A stretch of DNA of 64,000 bases, taken from assembly GCF_009914755.1 (NCBI RefSeq), contig NC_060925.1. One strand, 5' to 3'. The notes beneath the pieces were generated by a model. The model saw nothing but the letters and a program-made list of their open reading frames with translations. It did not search any database and was not told the origin of the DNA. Within the stretch, counting starts at the first letter, position 1; every line of letters begins with the position of its first letter. The stretch is from the human T2T-CHM13v2.0 reference genome, Homo sapiens. Position numbers and translations under genes: made by a program. Positions 31,487-45,179 of the stretch are shown here, in pieces.

Positions 31487-31723
31487 GCCGGGCGCGGTGG
31501 CTCACACCTGTAATCCCAGCACTTTGGGAGGCCAAGGCGGGCGGATCACGAGGTCAGGAGATCGAGACCATCCTGGCTAACACAGTGAGACACAGTCTCT
31601 ACAAAAAATTAGCCGGGCGTGGTGGCAGGCACCTGGGAGGAAGAGGTTGCAGTGAGCCGAGATCATGCCACTGCACTCCAGCCTGGGCGACAGAGCAAGA
31701 CTCCGTCTCAAAAGAAAAAAAAT
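31487..31723 (+). mobile_element. AluY-like with internal deletions, inserted in a MIR
   Basis: GATCACGAGGTCAGGAGATCGAGACCATCCTGGCTAACA (AluY diagnostic); TSD AATGTTTACAT at 31475-31485 and 31724-31734. Confidence 0.88.
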
Positions 31724-32108
31724 AATGTTTACATAACATGGACAGGTCACCCAGTGGGTAGATGCATAACCAAAATTCAAACCCAGGCCAGCATGACTAC
31801 TAAACCTGGCTCTTAACCCCTCTGCTATCCTAAGGAGTCCCTGCTTTGTCACACCAGGGCCTGCTACGGAGGATCCCACTGTCCAGAGAGCAGACAGGCA
31901 TGTACTTTCAGAGCAGAGTCTGCTGGGATCTGACAGGCACAAGCCCAGAGACCTCAACCCAGGCAGTTGTGTGGACTTCAGGGACCAGGGCAGCAGTGAG
32001 TGGAACCTCGGCAGGCTGCAGAGCCCTGGACCTCATATTCTTTCAGTCCACAGGCCACTCTGGAAAGAATTTGCTCTCCTAGAGTTTAACATCAAGATAT
32101 AGCATCTT

Positions 32109-32410
32109 GGCCAGGTATGGTGGCTCACACGTGGAATCCCAGGGCTTTGGGAGGCCAAGGTGAAAGAATCACTTGAGGCCTCGAGTTTGAGACCAGCCTG
32201 GGTAACATAGCAAGACCCCATCTCTACAAAGTATTTTAAAATTAGCTGAGCGTGGTGGCACACACCTGTAGTCCCAGCTACTTGGGAAGCAGAGACAGGA
32301 GGATCAGTTGAGCCCAGGCGTTTTAAGTTGCAGTGAGCTGTGATCTCACCACTGCACTCCAGCCTGGATGACAGAGTGATACCATGTCTCCAAATAAAAT
32401 TTTAAAAATA
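32109..32410 (+). mobile_element. AluJ
   Basis: Diverged Alu dimer. Confidence 0.9.
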
Positions 32411-33350
32411 AAAAGAGGTAAATTTCAAACAGAAATAATAATGATTCTCTTGGATTATGGAGGAAGTCACTGCCAGAGGCCCATTCACAGTAAACCAATA
32501 TAGAACATCTTCAATTTTAAACTATTTAAGATTAAGTTTTGGCCAGGTGCAGTGGCACAAGCCTGTAATCCCAGCACTGTGGGAGGCCAAGGTGGACAGA
32601 TCACTTGAGCCCAGGAGTTTAAGACCAGCCTGGGCAACACGGTGAAACCCCATGTCTACTAAAAATACAAAAAAAATAGCCAAGTGTGGTGGCACACACC
32701 TGAGGTCCCAGCTACTCAGGAGGCTGAGGTGGGAGGATCCCTGGAGCCCAGTGAGTCAAGGCTGCAGTGAGCCATGATCACACCCCCACCTGGGCAACAG
32801 AGTGAGACCCTATCTCAAAAAAGCAAAGAAGATTAAGTTTTATAAAAACTTGAGATGCCCTGAAATCTTATGGCTCATATGTGGAAAAAAAAAAAAACTT
32901 GATAGAGGTTTTCCCAAGTTGGCCAATAATCCTAAAAATTTACATAGCATTATGTATAAAGATGTGAAGCTAAAAACAAAAACCTCTCTAAATTATCAGT
33001 AGGAATTCAATCAATAATATGAAAGACTGAATTGTCTTTCTAGTCTCATGTAGAAAATGATTTTACAAAATGGTCATCACGTGAAGCAAAATCACAGAGC
33101 CAGGAAAACATAGAAAAATAAAAACTATAGTTGTATCACCCAATTAATAAAAATATTGTCATTTTCTTAGCTTTGGCAATGTTTGTGGTATTTCTCAACT
33201 TTCTGAAATTCATAATTTGCTATAACTCTTTCTCATTCTAAATGAATATTCACTTTCATGTTTAGTTTTGCACCGCTGATTTTTAATTATTTTTCTGAAA
33301 GGAAGTCCCCCCAAAAAGTGGCAGGGCCCACAACCCCTTTTTCCAGTCCT
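32410..33350 (+). mobile_element. Old hAT-Tip100 (Zaphod-like) DNA transposon remnant, interrupted by an Alu
   Basis: GAGGTTTTCCCAA..TAATCCTAAAAATTTACA..GAAAGACTGAATT.TCTTTCT..CTCATTCTAAATGAATATTCACTTTC resembles the Zaphod 3' region. Confidence 0.55.
32541..32830 (+). mobile_element. AluJ
   Basis: Diverged Alu dimer; AAGATTAAGTTTT flanks both sides (TSD). Confidence 0.9.
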
Positions 33351-36300
33351 CAAACTCTTGCTGATTTTGTCCAAGGTTTTGACTACACCACACCCTCGGT
33401 CTGGCATCCCCTTTCATATCTTCTCTCCCTAGAAAATTCCTAACCCTTCTTCAAGGCCCTACTCAAAAGTCACCTCCTCTGTGAAGCCTTCCTTGACTAG
33501 CTCAAGAAAGTAGAATCTCCCTCCACTCCGGAACACCACAGCACTTTGTTAGCTCTCTCTCCTTGGCATCTCATGGCCCTGGAATCATGCTCTGCAGAAG
33601 CCTCCCCCACCAGCTAGGCAGCAGGCTCCCAGGGCAGCCACAGCAGGAGCTCACGGAGAACATGTTTGCGAGGTGCAGTAAAGGCCCCGGGCATGGAGGG
33701 GTGGGACTGGGGCTAACACAAGGCCCCCGAGCCAAGAGTGCAAGGTTCTAACTCCCTTTGTGACCCTGGGCAAAACCTGTATTTCCTTTGTCTGAGAAGT
33801 CTGTGTCTTCTCATCTGTCAGAGGAGAAAGGAATTACTATTTCACAGAGATAACAGATGTGAAAGCCCGGGGAGAGGTAGAAAGTGCTATATCAATGTAG
33901 GGGGATTTGTATTATGATTGTTGGCAGATTCAGGTTTGCTGGCAGGAGACACTGAGTTAAATCCTGTGACTTAGAAGCCCAAATCTCTCACCAGGCACAC
34001 CTCAGTTTATAGAAGTGGGTGGTGGCACTGCAGTTTCAGCTTCACAGGGTGTGACAGCCACCAGATTAAAAGATGAATGTCAACTGCACAGTGGGAAGGA
34101 GGCACCCTGACTCCCAAATGTCCCTGAGGCGAGAGCTCAGCCTTCAGGTGAACTCGACTTCCCAGATGGTTCTCAGCAGAGGGGACATGGAGTCCCTGGC
34201 TCAAGTCTGAGCCCCTTCCTCCTCCCTAGTCTCCAGCCCACTCATCAGCATGAACTCCAGGCATTCAGCTCAAACCTTAAAGCAGCTGGGGGCAAAAACA
34301 ATAAAAATAATAAGTTATGCTTGTCTCCACACCAAACTCCACCCTGGAAATACTGCTGACATCAACATCTGCCATTGACTTCTTGCCCTCATCCAAAAAG
34401 ACAAACTTTTATCAATACAAATCTTGCCTAAGATTGGCTTTTTTTTGTTTTAAATGCATATGCTCATTTCCCCCAGCGCTGTGGAGAAGCAGGACCAAAG
34501 GTCAGTGTTTGATTTGTAGCAAGAGGTGTGTGCACATCTGTGTCTCCCTGCTATGGATCCAGGCCCCCAGAGACTCTAGAGTGACCAGCTGACTGGCCCA
34601 GCAATTCCCCCTCCCTGCCCAGCCATTCTCACTTTGCTTCCACCAGTTGGTGGACAGGCCCTCTCCCTGATGCAAGCCATGGCAGGGCAGAGTCTGTGCC
34701 TGATTTGTCTTTAGAAACTCCCCCCCATTCTCCTTTTTGGGAAGGAGAGTGAGCTTGCAAAAGCAGCATAGCATGGTGGTCAAGAGAGCCTTCGCCCTGG
34801 AGCCCAGGTGTCCCAGTTCAGCTCCAGCCACGTGTTTATTAGCTGTGTGATCTTGAGAAAGTTACTTACCCTCTCTGTGACTCTGTTTCATCATCTGTAA
34901 ATCAGGAAAAGTAATAGTATCTTCCCATCATGTTGTGCAGATTAAGCGAGTTAATATCATAATGTGTTTTGGAACAATGTCAAATGTGTGTATGTGCCTA
35001 GTTAATTGTCAGCTTCTTCCCTGAAAACATAACACCACATGGGCAGGAATTTCTACCTGTTTTGTCATTGCTCTATCCTCAATCTCTGGAATGGTTCCTG
35101 GAACATAGTAAGTTTTAAATAAAATACTACTTAATGAATAGATCTCCTCTCTAAGCAAATCTTTATTCAGACAGAGAAGACAAGGGTATCCCAGTCTAAC
35201 TGGAGAGGACTTCTGCAGCATCTGTGAGGATGCAATCATTTGTTCATTTACCCAACAAATATTTACTAAGCACCTATTATGTGGCAAGCACAGTTCTAGA
35301 CCCCTCCTGATACATTTATGTGAGTGATTTTTAGGTTGGCTAGTGTGATCTGAAGCTCCCCACTCCCCACTCCCTCCTCCTGCACTTCTTGTATATCCTC
35401 TAGCTCCAGCCCAGTTCCCAGCCCCAGCCCTGCCACTCCAAACCTAGTCCCACCCCACTCCTCTCCTGTCTCCTAAGTTTTTCCCAGACCCATGGGTCCC
35501 TCCAGAATTGATTTTAATCAAGTCATATATGTACATAATTTTAAAGTCAAACAGTTCTCCAAGGTTAATCAGTGCTCCCCAGTTGAGTCCTCCCCACCCT
35601 CAAGTCCCCACCCCTGAGGCAACCACTTTCCTCCCCTTTATGCATTTCTTCCTGTATTTACCTCTGTATTTCTAAATAATCGATTTGTATTGCTATTTGA
35701 TTTTTTTTCTGTTTTTTATACTAGTTGTTAATGACATCCTACAATGACATCCTACAATGGAAAACAAAAATTTGGTTCTTTGGCAATACATATACACACA
35801 AATATGCACATACTTCCCCTCCCTGCAAAATTCCTCCAGTATAGTTACATGATTGTTTTTGGTTAGAACAGAATTAGGGTACAGAGTATTATGATCATGT
35901 AAGTACTATTCACAGATTAACAATGCAGTCTGCTTTGAGTGTATTTTCTTTCTTGTGCAACTTTTAAATTTTCTAAGAAGTTAATAATTGATCTTTTTTT
36001 CATTTGTTTAGTTTTCTCTTTTCCTGTCATTAACCCTCCCCAAACTCCCCACTACATAGTAAATTTCCTTTCAATTCAGTTAAACACCTTAGATGATCTA
36101 TAACCTTTTTGTTACTTGGAGATGTCTCTCCTGGAGTTCCCCACAATTCTACTCCAATTTGGACTGATTTATCTCTAGATCGGCCCCAGGACCATCTTCT
36201 TGGCTCTAAACTGCTCCCTCATCCTAGGATTTCCTTTTGCCTTTCTCCCATGTGGCATCACCTACTGCCTGGACCTTATGCCTTCCTCTTTCTTGGCTTA

Positions 36301-36780
36301 ATCCCCTGTTTTGGAAGAGCACATTCTCCAATAACTTCCTGAGAAAGCATTCTTAGGAAGTAACGTTAAGACCTTGCATGTCTGGAAATATTTTTGCTGC
36401 TCTTATAATTGACAATTTGTCTGGGTATAGAAACCTAGACTGTAAATGGACATAGAAATCTAGATTACAAATTACCTTCCTTCAGAAGTTTAGAGACATC
36501 ACATGATTTTCTTCTAGTTTCTGGAACTGTATTCTGTTTCATCCAGCTGGAAAGAATCTGTTTTTTGTCAGGGTGTTCTAAAATTTCATAATTACATGCC
36601 TTGCTAAGAATCTTTTTTTTTTATCCATTGTGCTAGGCAATAAGGGATTCTTTTACATGAAAACGTAGTTTTCTTTTACCATGCCTTTGATAATTTCTTT
36701 GTCTCCATTGTCTTGGTTCACTCTTCACTCCTGGACTTGATTCTCTAACATTCATTTCTTTTCTGTCCTATTTTCCATAT

Positions 36781-37070
36781 TTTTTTTTTTAGGCGGAGTC
36801 TCCCTCTGTCACTGAGGCTGGAGAGCAGTGACACAATCTCGGCTCACTGCAAACTCTGCCTCCAGGTTTAAATGATTCTCCTGCCTCAGCCTCCCAAGTA
36901 GCTGGGATTACAGGTATGTGCCACCACACCCAGCTAATTTTTATATTTTTAGTAGAGATGGGGTTTCACCATGCTGGTCAGGCTGGTCTCAAACTTCTGA
37001 TTTCAAGTGATTCGACCTCCTCAGCCTCCCAAAGTGCTGGGATTACAGGCTTGAGCCACTATGCCCAGCC
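36781..37070 (-). mobile_element. AluS
   Basis: Alu dimer; TCCATATTTT on both flanks. Confidence 0.9.
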
Positions 37071-37202
37071 TCCATATTTTTTTAATTCTTTCTGTTCAAC
37101 TTTATCTTTTAACACTTACATTGAATGTTTATTTCTGCCAACAACGGGGGGAAACACAGAAGCAAATCTATTTTATAATTTCAAAGATCTTTTTCTTTTC
37201 TA

Positions 37203-37578
<376 letters not shown>

Positions 37579-38394
37579 TTACATTTTTTTCTATTACCTT
37601 CATTGACTCAATTTTTTCCAAGTTCCTTTTATCTATTTATGGTCGGGGGAGTTCTTTGTCTCTCCTATATAAGGTCTTCCTTAAATATCTGGTGATTCTT
37701 GGCTTATCTGCTCCATTTTTAAATGTTTCTTTTTTTAATTATAGAGATGGGGTCTCACTATGTTGCCCAGGCTGGAATGCAATGGCTATTCCTCCCACCT
37801 CAGACTCCTGAGTAGCTGAGTGGCACATGCCACTGCACACAGCCTATCTGTTCCTTTTAAGAATGAGGCATTAAAAATTATCAAGAAGCTCTGTCTAAAA
37901 GGACAAGATTTGTCTACCCGTGATCTTCATTCCAGTGTAATCTGGCTGAGTTGTTTCATGGAGGCCTTACTGAGATGGTCAATTTTCCCAGAAAGGAATC
38001 TTCCAATCTCCTATTGGAGATGTAATAAACCTGGCTGGTAATGTTCTTGAAGGTGAGTGGAAGAAGGGCTAAGATCCTTTTACAATTCAGTATGTAGACT
38101 TTTACCTAATTCCCTTGTTTAAGTGTAGCATCTCTGCTCCTGGCTCCTTTTGGGGACCTCATTTACAGTCAGCTCGGGTCACAAAATAAGAGTCACCTGT
38201 CTGCAGGGTGGGAAAGGAGACATGGAGTCCACCTGCTTTTTATACAGACTTTCCAACAGTCTTCTCTTCATCCACACAGACACAACAAACTCCCATGGCA
38301 GTTCAGTGTGGGGTCCAGCACCAAAGTCAGATTTCCAGGTTCAAATCCTGCTTTACCATTCATGAGATGTTTGACCCTTAAACAAATTATGTCA

Positions 38395-38851
<457 letters not shown>

Positions 38852-38979
38852 TTATTATTTGTACTACTCCTCTTTCCCAGCCTCCTAAATGTACTCCCTT
38901 ATCCTCTCTTCCCCTTTCCAATCCCAGTATACATTCTTCCCTCAGAATGACCTTTTTAAAACATTAATCTAATCAATCA

Positions 38980-39085
38980 AGTCCATCTTTTTGCTTGGGA
39001 CTAAGGGGTTTCCCAGACACAGGACTTTCAGCGCTAAAACCTTCAGGTCAAACATTCCAAGCAAACCAGGACTAGCTGGTCATCC
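38980..39085. mobile_element. MER81-like MITE
   Basis: TTGCTTGGGACTAAGGGGTTTCCCAGACACAGGACTTTCAGCGCTAAAAC...AAACCAGGA.TAGCTGGTCATCCT. Confidence 0.6.
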
Positions 39086-42000
39086 TGCCACTCCCCTACG
39101 TAAAAAAGCAGGTGAGGCTTCCCCTTTCTGTCTGAGTAAAGTACAAATCCCCTGCCACTCAAAGCCCGGGGCATCTGGCCCCTGCCTGCCGGGCTCCAGC
39201 CTCTCCTCCCTGCCCACTGCTGCACCTGCTCTGGCTGGTTCTGGCTCCGCCCTCACAGCCCCATGCTGTTCCACACACCCGTTTGCCTTCCCTTCTCCCC
39301 AGCTAACTTGTGCTTTAGGTATCTGGCAGGAAGACCTTTTCTGAACCCCCAGATACGGCCATGGGCCCTGCAATAAGGACTCCTCAGGAGAACCAAATGG
39401 AAGGGGTGTCTGTAAAAGAGTCTCTCCTGCTTCTTCACAGCTGCATACCTGGCAGCCAGCACAAGGCCTGCCCCACAGGAAGATCCAAGTGGCTTTCTGC
39501 TGAATGAATTAAGTCATTAAAATGTGAACAGCCCTTTATTATCTGGTGGCACTTGGTGGTGATCAGTTGGCACCCTGCTGGGAGCAAGGCGCTAGAAAAG
39601 ATACACCAGATTTAGAAATAATTTTCGAAGGGGGCTGCCTTGCCTCTTCCTCAGCTCTGCTATACCTATACGGAAGGAAGACTCCAGGGGAACCACCACC
39701 AGACCTAGGCATTTCTTAAAACCCTCCTCACTCTGGGAATTAGGAACCTTGCCCTCCACGCCCCCGCTGTCAGCCCAGGGACTTAGCTACACCTGCCTTG
39801 CCATAGCCACAGCCCTAATTGGGATGGGTTCCAGTGAAGGGTTAGCACATGGACGCTGGCACCAACACAAAGCAAATTTTGTGATCTTACTGCTTAAATT
39901 CACCTTGGAGCAATCTGCCACTGTGCAGCTCCGTCTCAGCCTCTCTCCCCTCTGCATTCCTTCTCCCACTCAGGCCTTGCTCAAGCCATCTCCATCTTGT
40001 TGATCCCCCCTCTCCCCATCCCAAACTCTGCCCCCTTGGGGAGCTCTTCCCCTGACTCAACTCCCACACCACTCCCATCTCAGAGAGCTGCTGCCTCGAG
40101 CAACACCCTAGATCTGCTGGCCAGGTTGTTTCCATGGGGTTCCATTCAAAGAGATTCTATTCAAAGGGGTTGCATCTTGCCCTGCATGGAGTGTCTGGTG
40201 AAAGAGATTTCAACAGCTATATCTGAATTTCTAAAGGGTTAAATCAGAAGTGGGGAGCAGGAGGTAAGGAAAAGAGAAAATAAATTTTAAAAAGAATTAA
40301 ACTATCTCTTAGAAAATGGGGGTACTCGGTGACAATCTCTTAACTTGTGACTCCCCAGCCGGCAACGACATCACTCTGACCTTTACTTCTGCCATCACAC
40401 TCCCATATCTGACTCTCCCTGCTCCCTCTTTCCCTGTCGGGGACCTCTGTAGCTATCTTAGGTCCATCCCAAAAATCCAGGGTGATCTTTCCATCTCAAA
40501 ATCCTTAACTTCCTTTTCAGCAGAGACTGTGTTTTCCTAACTGAGACTAGATGCCCTCTGAGGGCCAGAGCTTTCTCCCCTCACCTGGGTGGTCCTTAGA
40601 AGAAGAACTGTGTCCCTGCTCAGCTGGCAGCTTATTCAAGGCCGAGCCTCAGTCTCCCTGTGAAGGCTGGGGGCCCCATGAGGGCCTCCCCACCTCTTTC
40701 CAGCCCAGGGGGTCTTGAGCGTGCAGAGGGAAGGAGACCATGGTGTACCTCCATCCTAGCCCCTCAGGGATTGAAGGTTGGAAAGCAGGGCACAGCTTTA
40801 AAATGCTGCCAAGCTGGAAATTAAAAGGGGTTCCACTTGGCTTCTGATGTGGGGTTGGACCTGAGTTCCAACTCCCAAGGCTCTGGTGGAACCAACAGCA
40901 GCCGTGGCCTCAGTGAGATCTGCTGTGGGTCCAGAGCTATCATGCCTGCCACAGCAAGCCTCCTCCAAAGCCATCCTTCTGGTTTCCTCTGCAGTGGCTC
41001 TCAAGGAAGCACAAGGGAGAAAATAGGAATTATTATATGTTTAGGGCTTCCTGCTTGCTGGCCTTGCATCACTGCCTCACATTACCCAAATATTTACAGG
41101 CTACTTCTGGATATTCTGAAATGGTCTGGAAAGGAAGAGGTAAGCCAGCTCCCCATTTTCCAAGCCAAGGTCTAACAAACCCTGTCCACTAAGTGCAGCT
41201 CCCTCCAGGACTGTCTCTGGCAACCGCCCAAGACCTAATGTGGATGTGATCATCCAATCAACAATTACTGGTGAGCTACTCAGTGCCACGTCTAATCCAA
41301 TTAACATACTGGGACTCTCCCCTCCACCACCCTGCCACCTCACCTCATCAACTTGGCTCAGATTTGTGTGTAGTCACAGTCAAAGGATTCACAAATCTGA
41401 CTACAGAGGTAGCTATAGGTTTTTTTAAAGGACTCAACCACAGGATTTAACCAAAGCACTGTACAGAAATCTTCCCAGAAATTTTCACCAGAGACATTTC
41501 CTCTCCCTAAACCCCCTGCCTCAACGCAAAAATCTCTCCAGCTCTCTCATCCAGTTCCCTTTCCAGTTCTCTCACTGCTACATCATTCTCCCTGTCCTCT
41601 TTGTCTTTCCTCGCATTGCCATTCCTAGCCAAAAGTAGCCACTCAGACATCCGTTCCTCCAGCCATTGCCTTGCCACCTCAGAGAGCAGAGGCACTTAGC
41701 AGCTCCATGATCTGCCTCCTTCAAACTCAGCAGACGCAAGCGCGGCACCTGCAATGTTTAGGTCTACACAAGTTAGTTGTAGTCCTGTATACTAGCAACA
41801 GTTAGTAAAAAAAGTTAACAATGCCATTTGTTATAGAACAAACCATTGAAATATCTAGAAATCAACCCAGCAAGATACACCAGTTTTGAAATGTATCTGG
41901 AAGAGCCTAGATAATTTTGAAGTTGAACGAGATGGTGGATGTGGCCTACCAGAGAGAAGACTTATGTAAAGCAGTGATCGCCAAGACATGAAAGTGAAGG

Positions 42001-42273
42001 CATAGAGATAGAAAAGCAGAACAAAGCAGACATCCTAGAATTAGGCCCGTACATAAATGGAAACGTGATCTGTGAGACAGGTGGGCATTGCATGAGACAC
42101 TGAGGCACGGGGTGGGGAGATTGCAAATCAGTGGGAAATGACAGCCGAGTCAGTAAGTGACACTGGGATAATTAAGTATCCATATACATAAAAAACAGAT
42201 TTAGATTTCATTCTGCATCACATAATATGCAAAAAAAAAAAAGAGTTAAAAACTTAATTAAAAAAAAAAATTT

Positions 42274-42945
42274 AGGCCGGGCATGGTGGCTCATGCCTGT
42301 AATCCCAGCACTTTGGGAGGCCAAGGCAGGCAGACCACATGAGGTCAGGAGTTCAAGAGCAGACTGGCCAACATGATGAAACCCCCTCTCTACTAAAAAT
42401 ACAAAAATTAGCCTGGTGTAGTGGCGCATGCCTTTAATCCCAGCTACTCAGGAGGCTGAGATGGGAGAATAGCTTGAAACCCGGCAGGCGGATGTTGCAG
42501 TGAACCGAGAGCACACCATTGCACACCAGCCTGGGTGACAAGAGCGAAACTCCATCTCAAAAAAAAAGAAAAAAAAAACTTAAAAATGGGCCAGGCATCC
42601 TAGCATTTTGAGAAGTTGAGCCAGGAGGATCGCTTAAGCCCAGGAGTTTGAAACCAGCCTGGGCAACATAGTGAGACTCCATCTCTACAAAAAAAAATAA
42701 ATATATTTAGCCAGGTGTGGTAGTGTGCACCTGTGGTCCCAGTTACTTGGGAAGCTGAGGTGGGAGGATCACCTGAGCCCAGGAGTTTGAAGCTATGGTG
42801 AGCCATGATCCTGCCACTGCACTCCAGCCTGGGCAGCAGAGTGGGACCCTGTTTCTGTTTCTTTTTCTCTTTTTTTTTTTTTTTGCAGTGGTGGGATCTC
42901 AGCTCACTGCAACCTCTGCCTACCAGGCTCAAGCAATCCTCCCAC
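42274..42945. mobile_element. Alu cluster: AluS (+, 42274-42580), AluJ (+, about 42590-42850), partial Alu (-, about 42860-42945)
   Basis: Alu consensus segments. Confidence 0.85.
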
Positions 42946-43284
42946 CATTATCCAAGAACTCATCGCCAAATCTAACATTGTTAAGCTTTTCCCCTGTTTT
43001 TAAAGAGTTTTATAGTTTTCGCTCTTACATTTAGGTCTTTGGTGATGGTTTCTATCTTAAGCTGGTGGGTAATCAAGCATTCCTTATGTTATTTGTTACA
43101 TTGCAGGGGATGTGGGGGAGTGTGGGTTCTCTTTTGCTGTGCCTGCTTTTCTTACATTGCATGAAACACAAGTCCAGTCAAGTTCTCTCTGCCATGGTCA
43201 CTAGTATTACTGCCTAGAAGATCATCTTATGTATATCTTACTGAGGCCATTGTCTTCTTCTCTGTCTCTGAAATGGAGCAAGAA

Positions 43285-43735
43285 GCAAGTAAATCTCATC
43301 TAGAGAATGGGAGTCTTACCAGAGGCTGGGAAGGGAAGAGGGAGAGGGGAATAAAAAGAAATTGAATGGGAATTCAATTGCTGGGAAGGGGAGAAGGAGA
43401 GGGGAATGAAAAGAAATATATAAAGGGTTATATAGAAGGAATACAGAATACAGTTATATAGAAGGAATAAGTTCTAGTATTTGATAAGTTCTAGATACTA
43501 AGTTCTAGTATTTGATAGTACTAGATAATACAATAGGGAAATTACATTAACAATAATTTATTGTAAATGTGAAAATAGCTAGAAAAGAAGAATTGTACTG
43601 TTTCTAACACAAAAGATAAGTATTTGAGGTTATGAATATTCCAATTACCCTGATTGGATCATTACACACTATATACATGTATCAAAACATTACATGTACC
43701 CCAAAAATATGTACAACTAGGATATATCAATCTTT
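43285..43735 (+). mobile_element. L1MA 3' end
   Basis: TTACCAGAGGCTGGGAAGGG...AAAATAGCTAGAAAAGAAGAATTG...TTACCCTGATTGGATCATTACAC...CATGTACCCCAAAAATATGTACAAC. Confidence 0.8.
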
Positions 43736-44437
43736 TTTAATTCTTTGGTGAGCTGGTAGTGTTAGACAGCAATCTTTAATGACCAGTACTGCTCCTTGCG
43801 GAGCAGGACTAACTCATAGGCAGCATGCCCAGAGTCAGCCATGATATATCCATTTTTTTAATACAAAAAAAAAAAAGGGTCTTTGCCCTTATCCAACTGC
43901 TAACCACCCAGGACACCAAAAGCTCTGAGCTAATGACTGGGAATGAGAGACCAAGCCGACATCTGTCTGGGTAGATGGCACTGCCCTCCAGCACCCTCCT
44001 CCCTGAGTCTCCTGCACTACTGCTTGCCCTGGAGTCACTAGGAAGGAAACCCAGATAGGGCTGGCTTCCTCATACAAGGGCTTGAACACAGTATGAAAAA
44101 CACAAATTAGAAAGCTCTGGAAAGTGGGTACACCCTGGAAGGAAGCCCAGACATACCAGAGTCTTTATCACACTAAAATCACATGTGCCAAGTGCCAGGC
44201 TCACGAGGCAAGGCCTGTGTGTGCTGGAAAGATGTGTGAGACACTGCCCTTGTGCTAAAAAAAGCAACGCAGTTGTGGAGGCTGCAGTGTATAAACCCGT
44301 AGTGAAGAGCACTAGCCTTGGGGGCCAAAAATCACAGGTTTGAACCTGGTTCCTCTACTTCCTAGCTATGTGGATGTGACAAGTTACATCTCTGAGCCTC
44401 AGTTTCTCTGCCTGTAAAATGGAATAAAAAATATTCA

Positions 44438-44781
<344 letters not shown>

Positions 44782-45018
44782 CTATTATTATCACCCCCAC
44801 TTTACAGATGTGAAAGCTGAGGCACTATAGGATTATGTAATTTGCCCAAGATCACACAGGCAGTAAATGGTCACACCTGGATTTGAACTCAGGCAGTCTG
44901 GCTCTAGAATCCTTGCCCTTAATTGCTGGACTCTGACACCTAGTTTAAACCTGTTTATTTTTAGCTCTCGTGCTACCCACCTTGTGAGCTGTGACTCTAC
45001 AATAGCAGAAGTGACGGT

Positions 45019-45179
45019 GGTAATGGCAGTGGAGTGGCGGTGGTAGTGGCAGCGGAGTGGCGGTGGTAGTGGCAGTGGAGTGGCTGTGGTAGTGGCAGCG
45101 GAGTGGCGGTGGTAGTGGCAGTGGAGTGGCTGTGGTAGTGGCAGCGGAGTGGCGGTGGTAGTGGCAGTGGAGTGGTGGG
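45019..45179. repeat. G-rich 23-bp minisatellite, 7 copies
   Basis: Unit GGTAGTGGCAG[C/T]GGAGTGGC[G/T]GT. Confidence 0.95.

Noticed and set aside
31870-31930. Possible exon 1 of the S100A7-like relic (AGGCATGTACTTTCAGAGC resembles AGGCAGGTGAGACTTACCAGAGC)
   Set aside because: Similarity is too short, with no intact donor and no TATA at the expected spacing.
45019-45179. CRISPR-like array
   Set aside because: Head-to-tail tandem units with no unique spacers, in a eukaryotic context.
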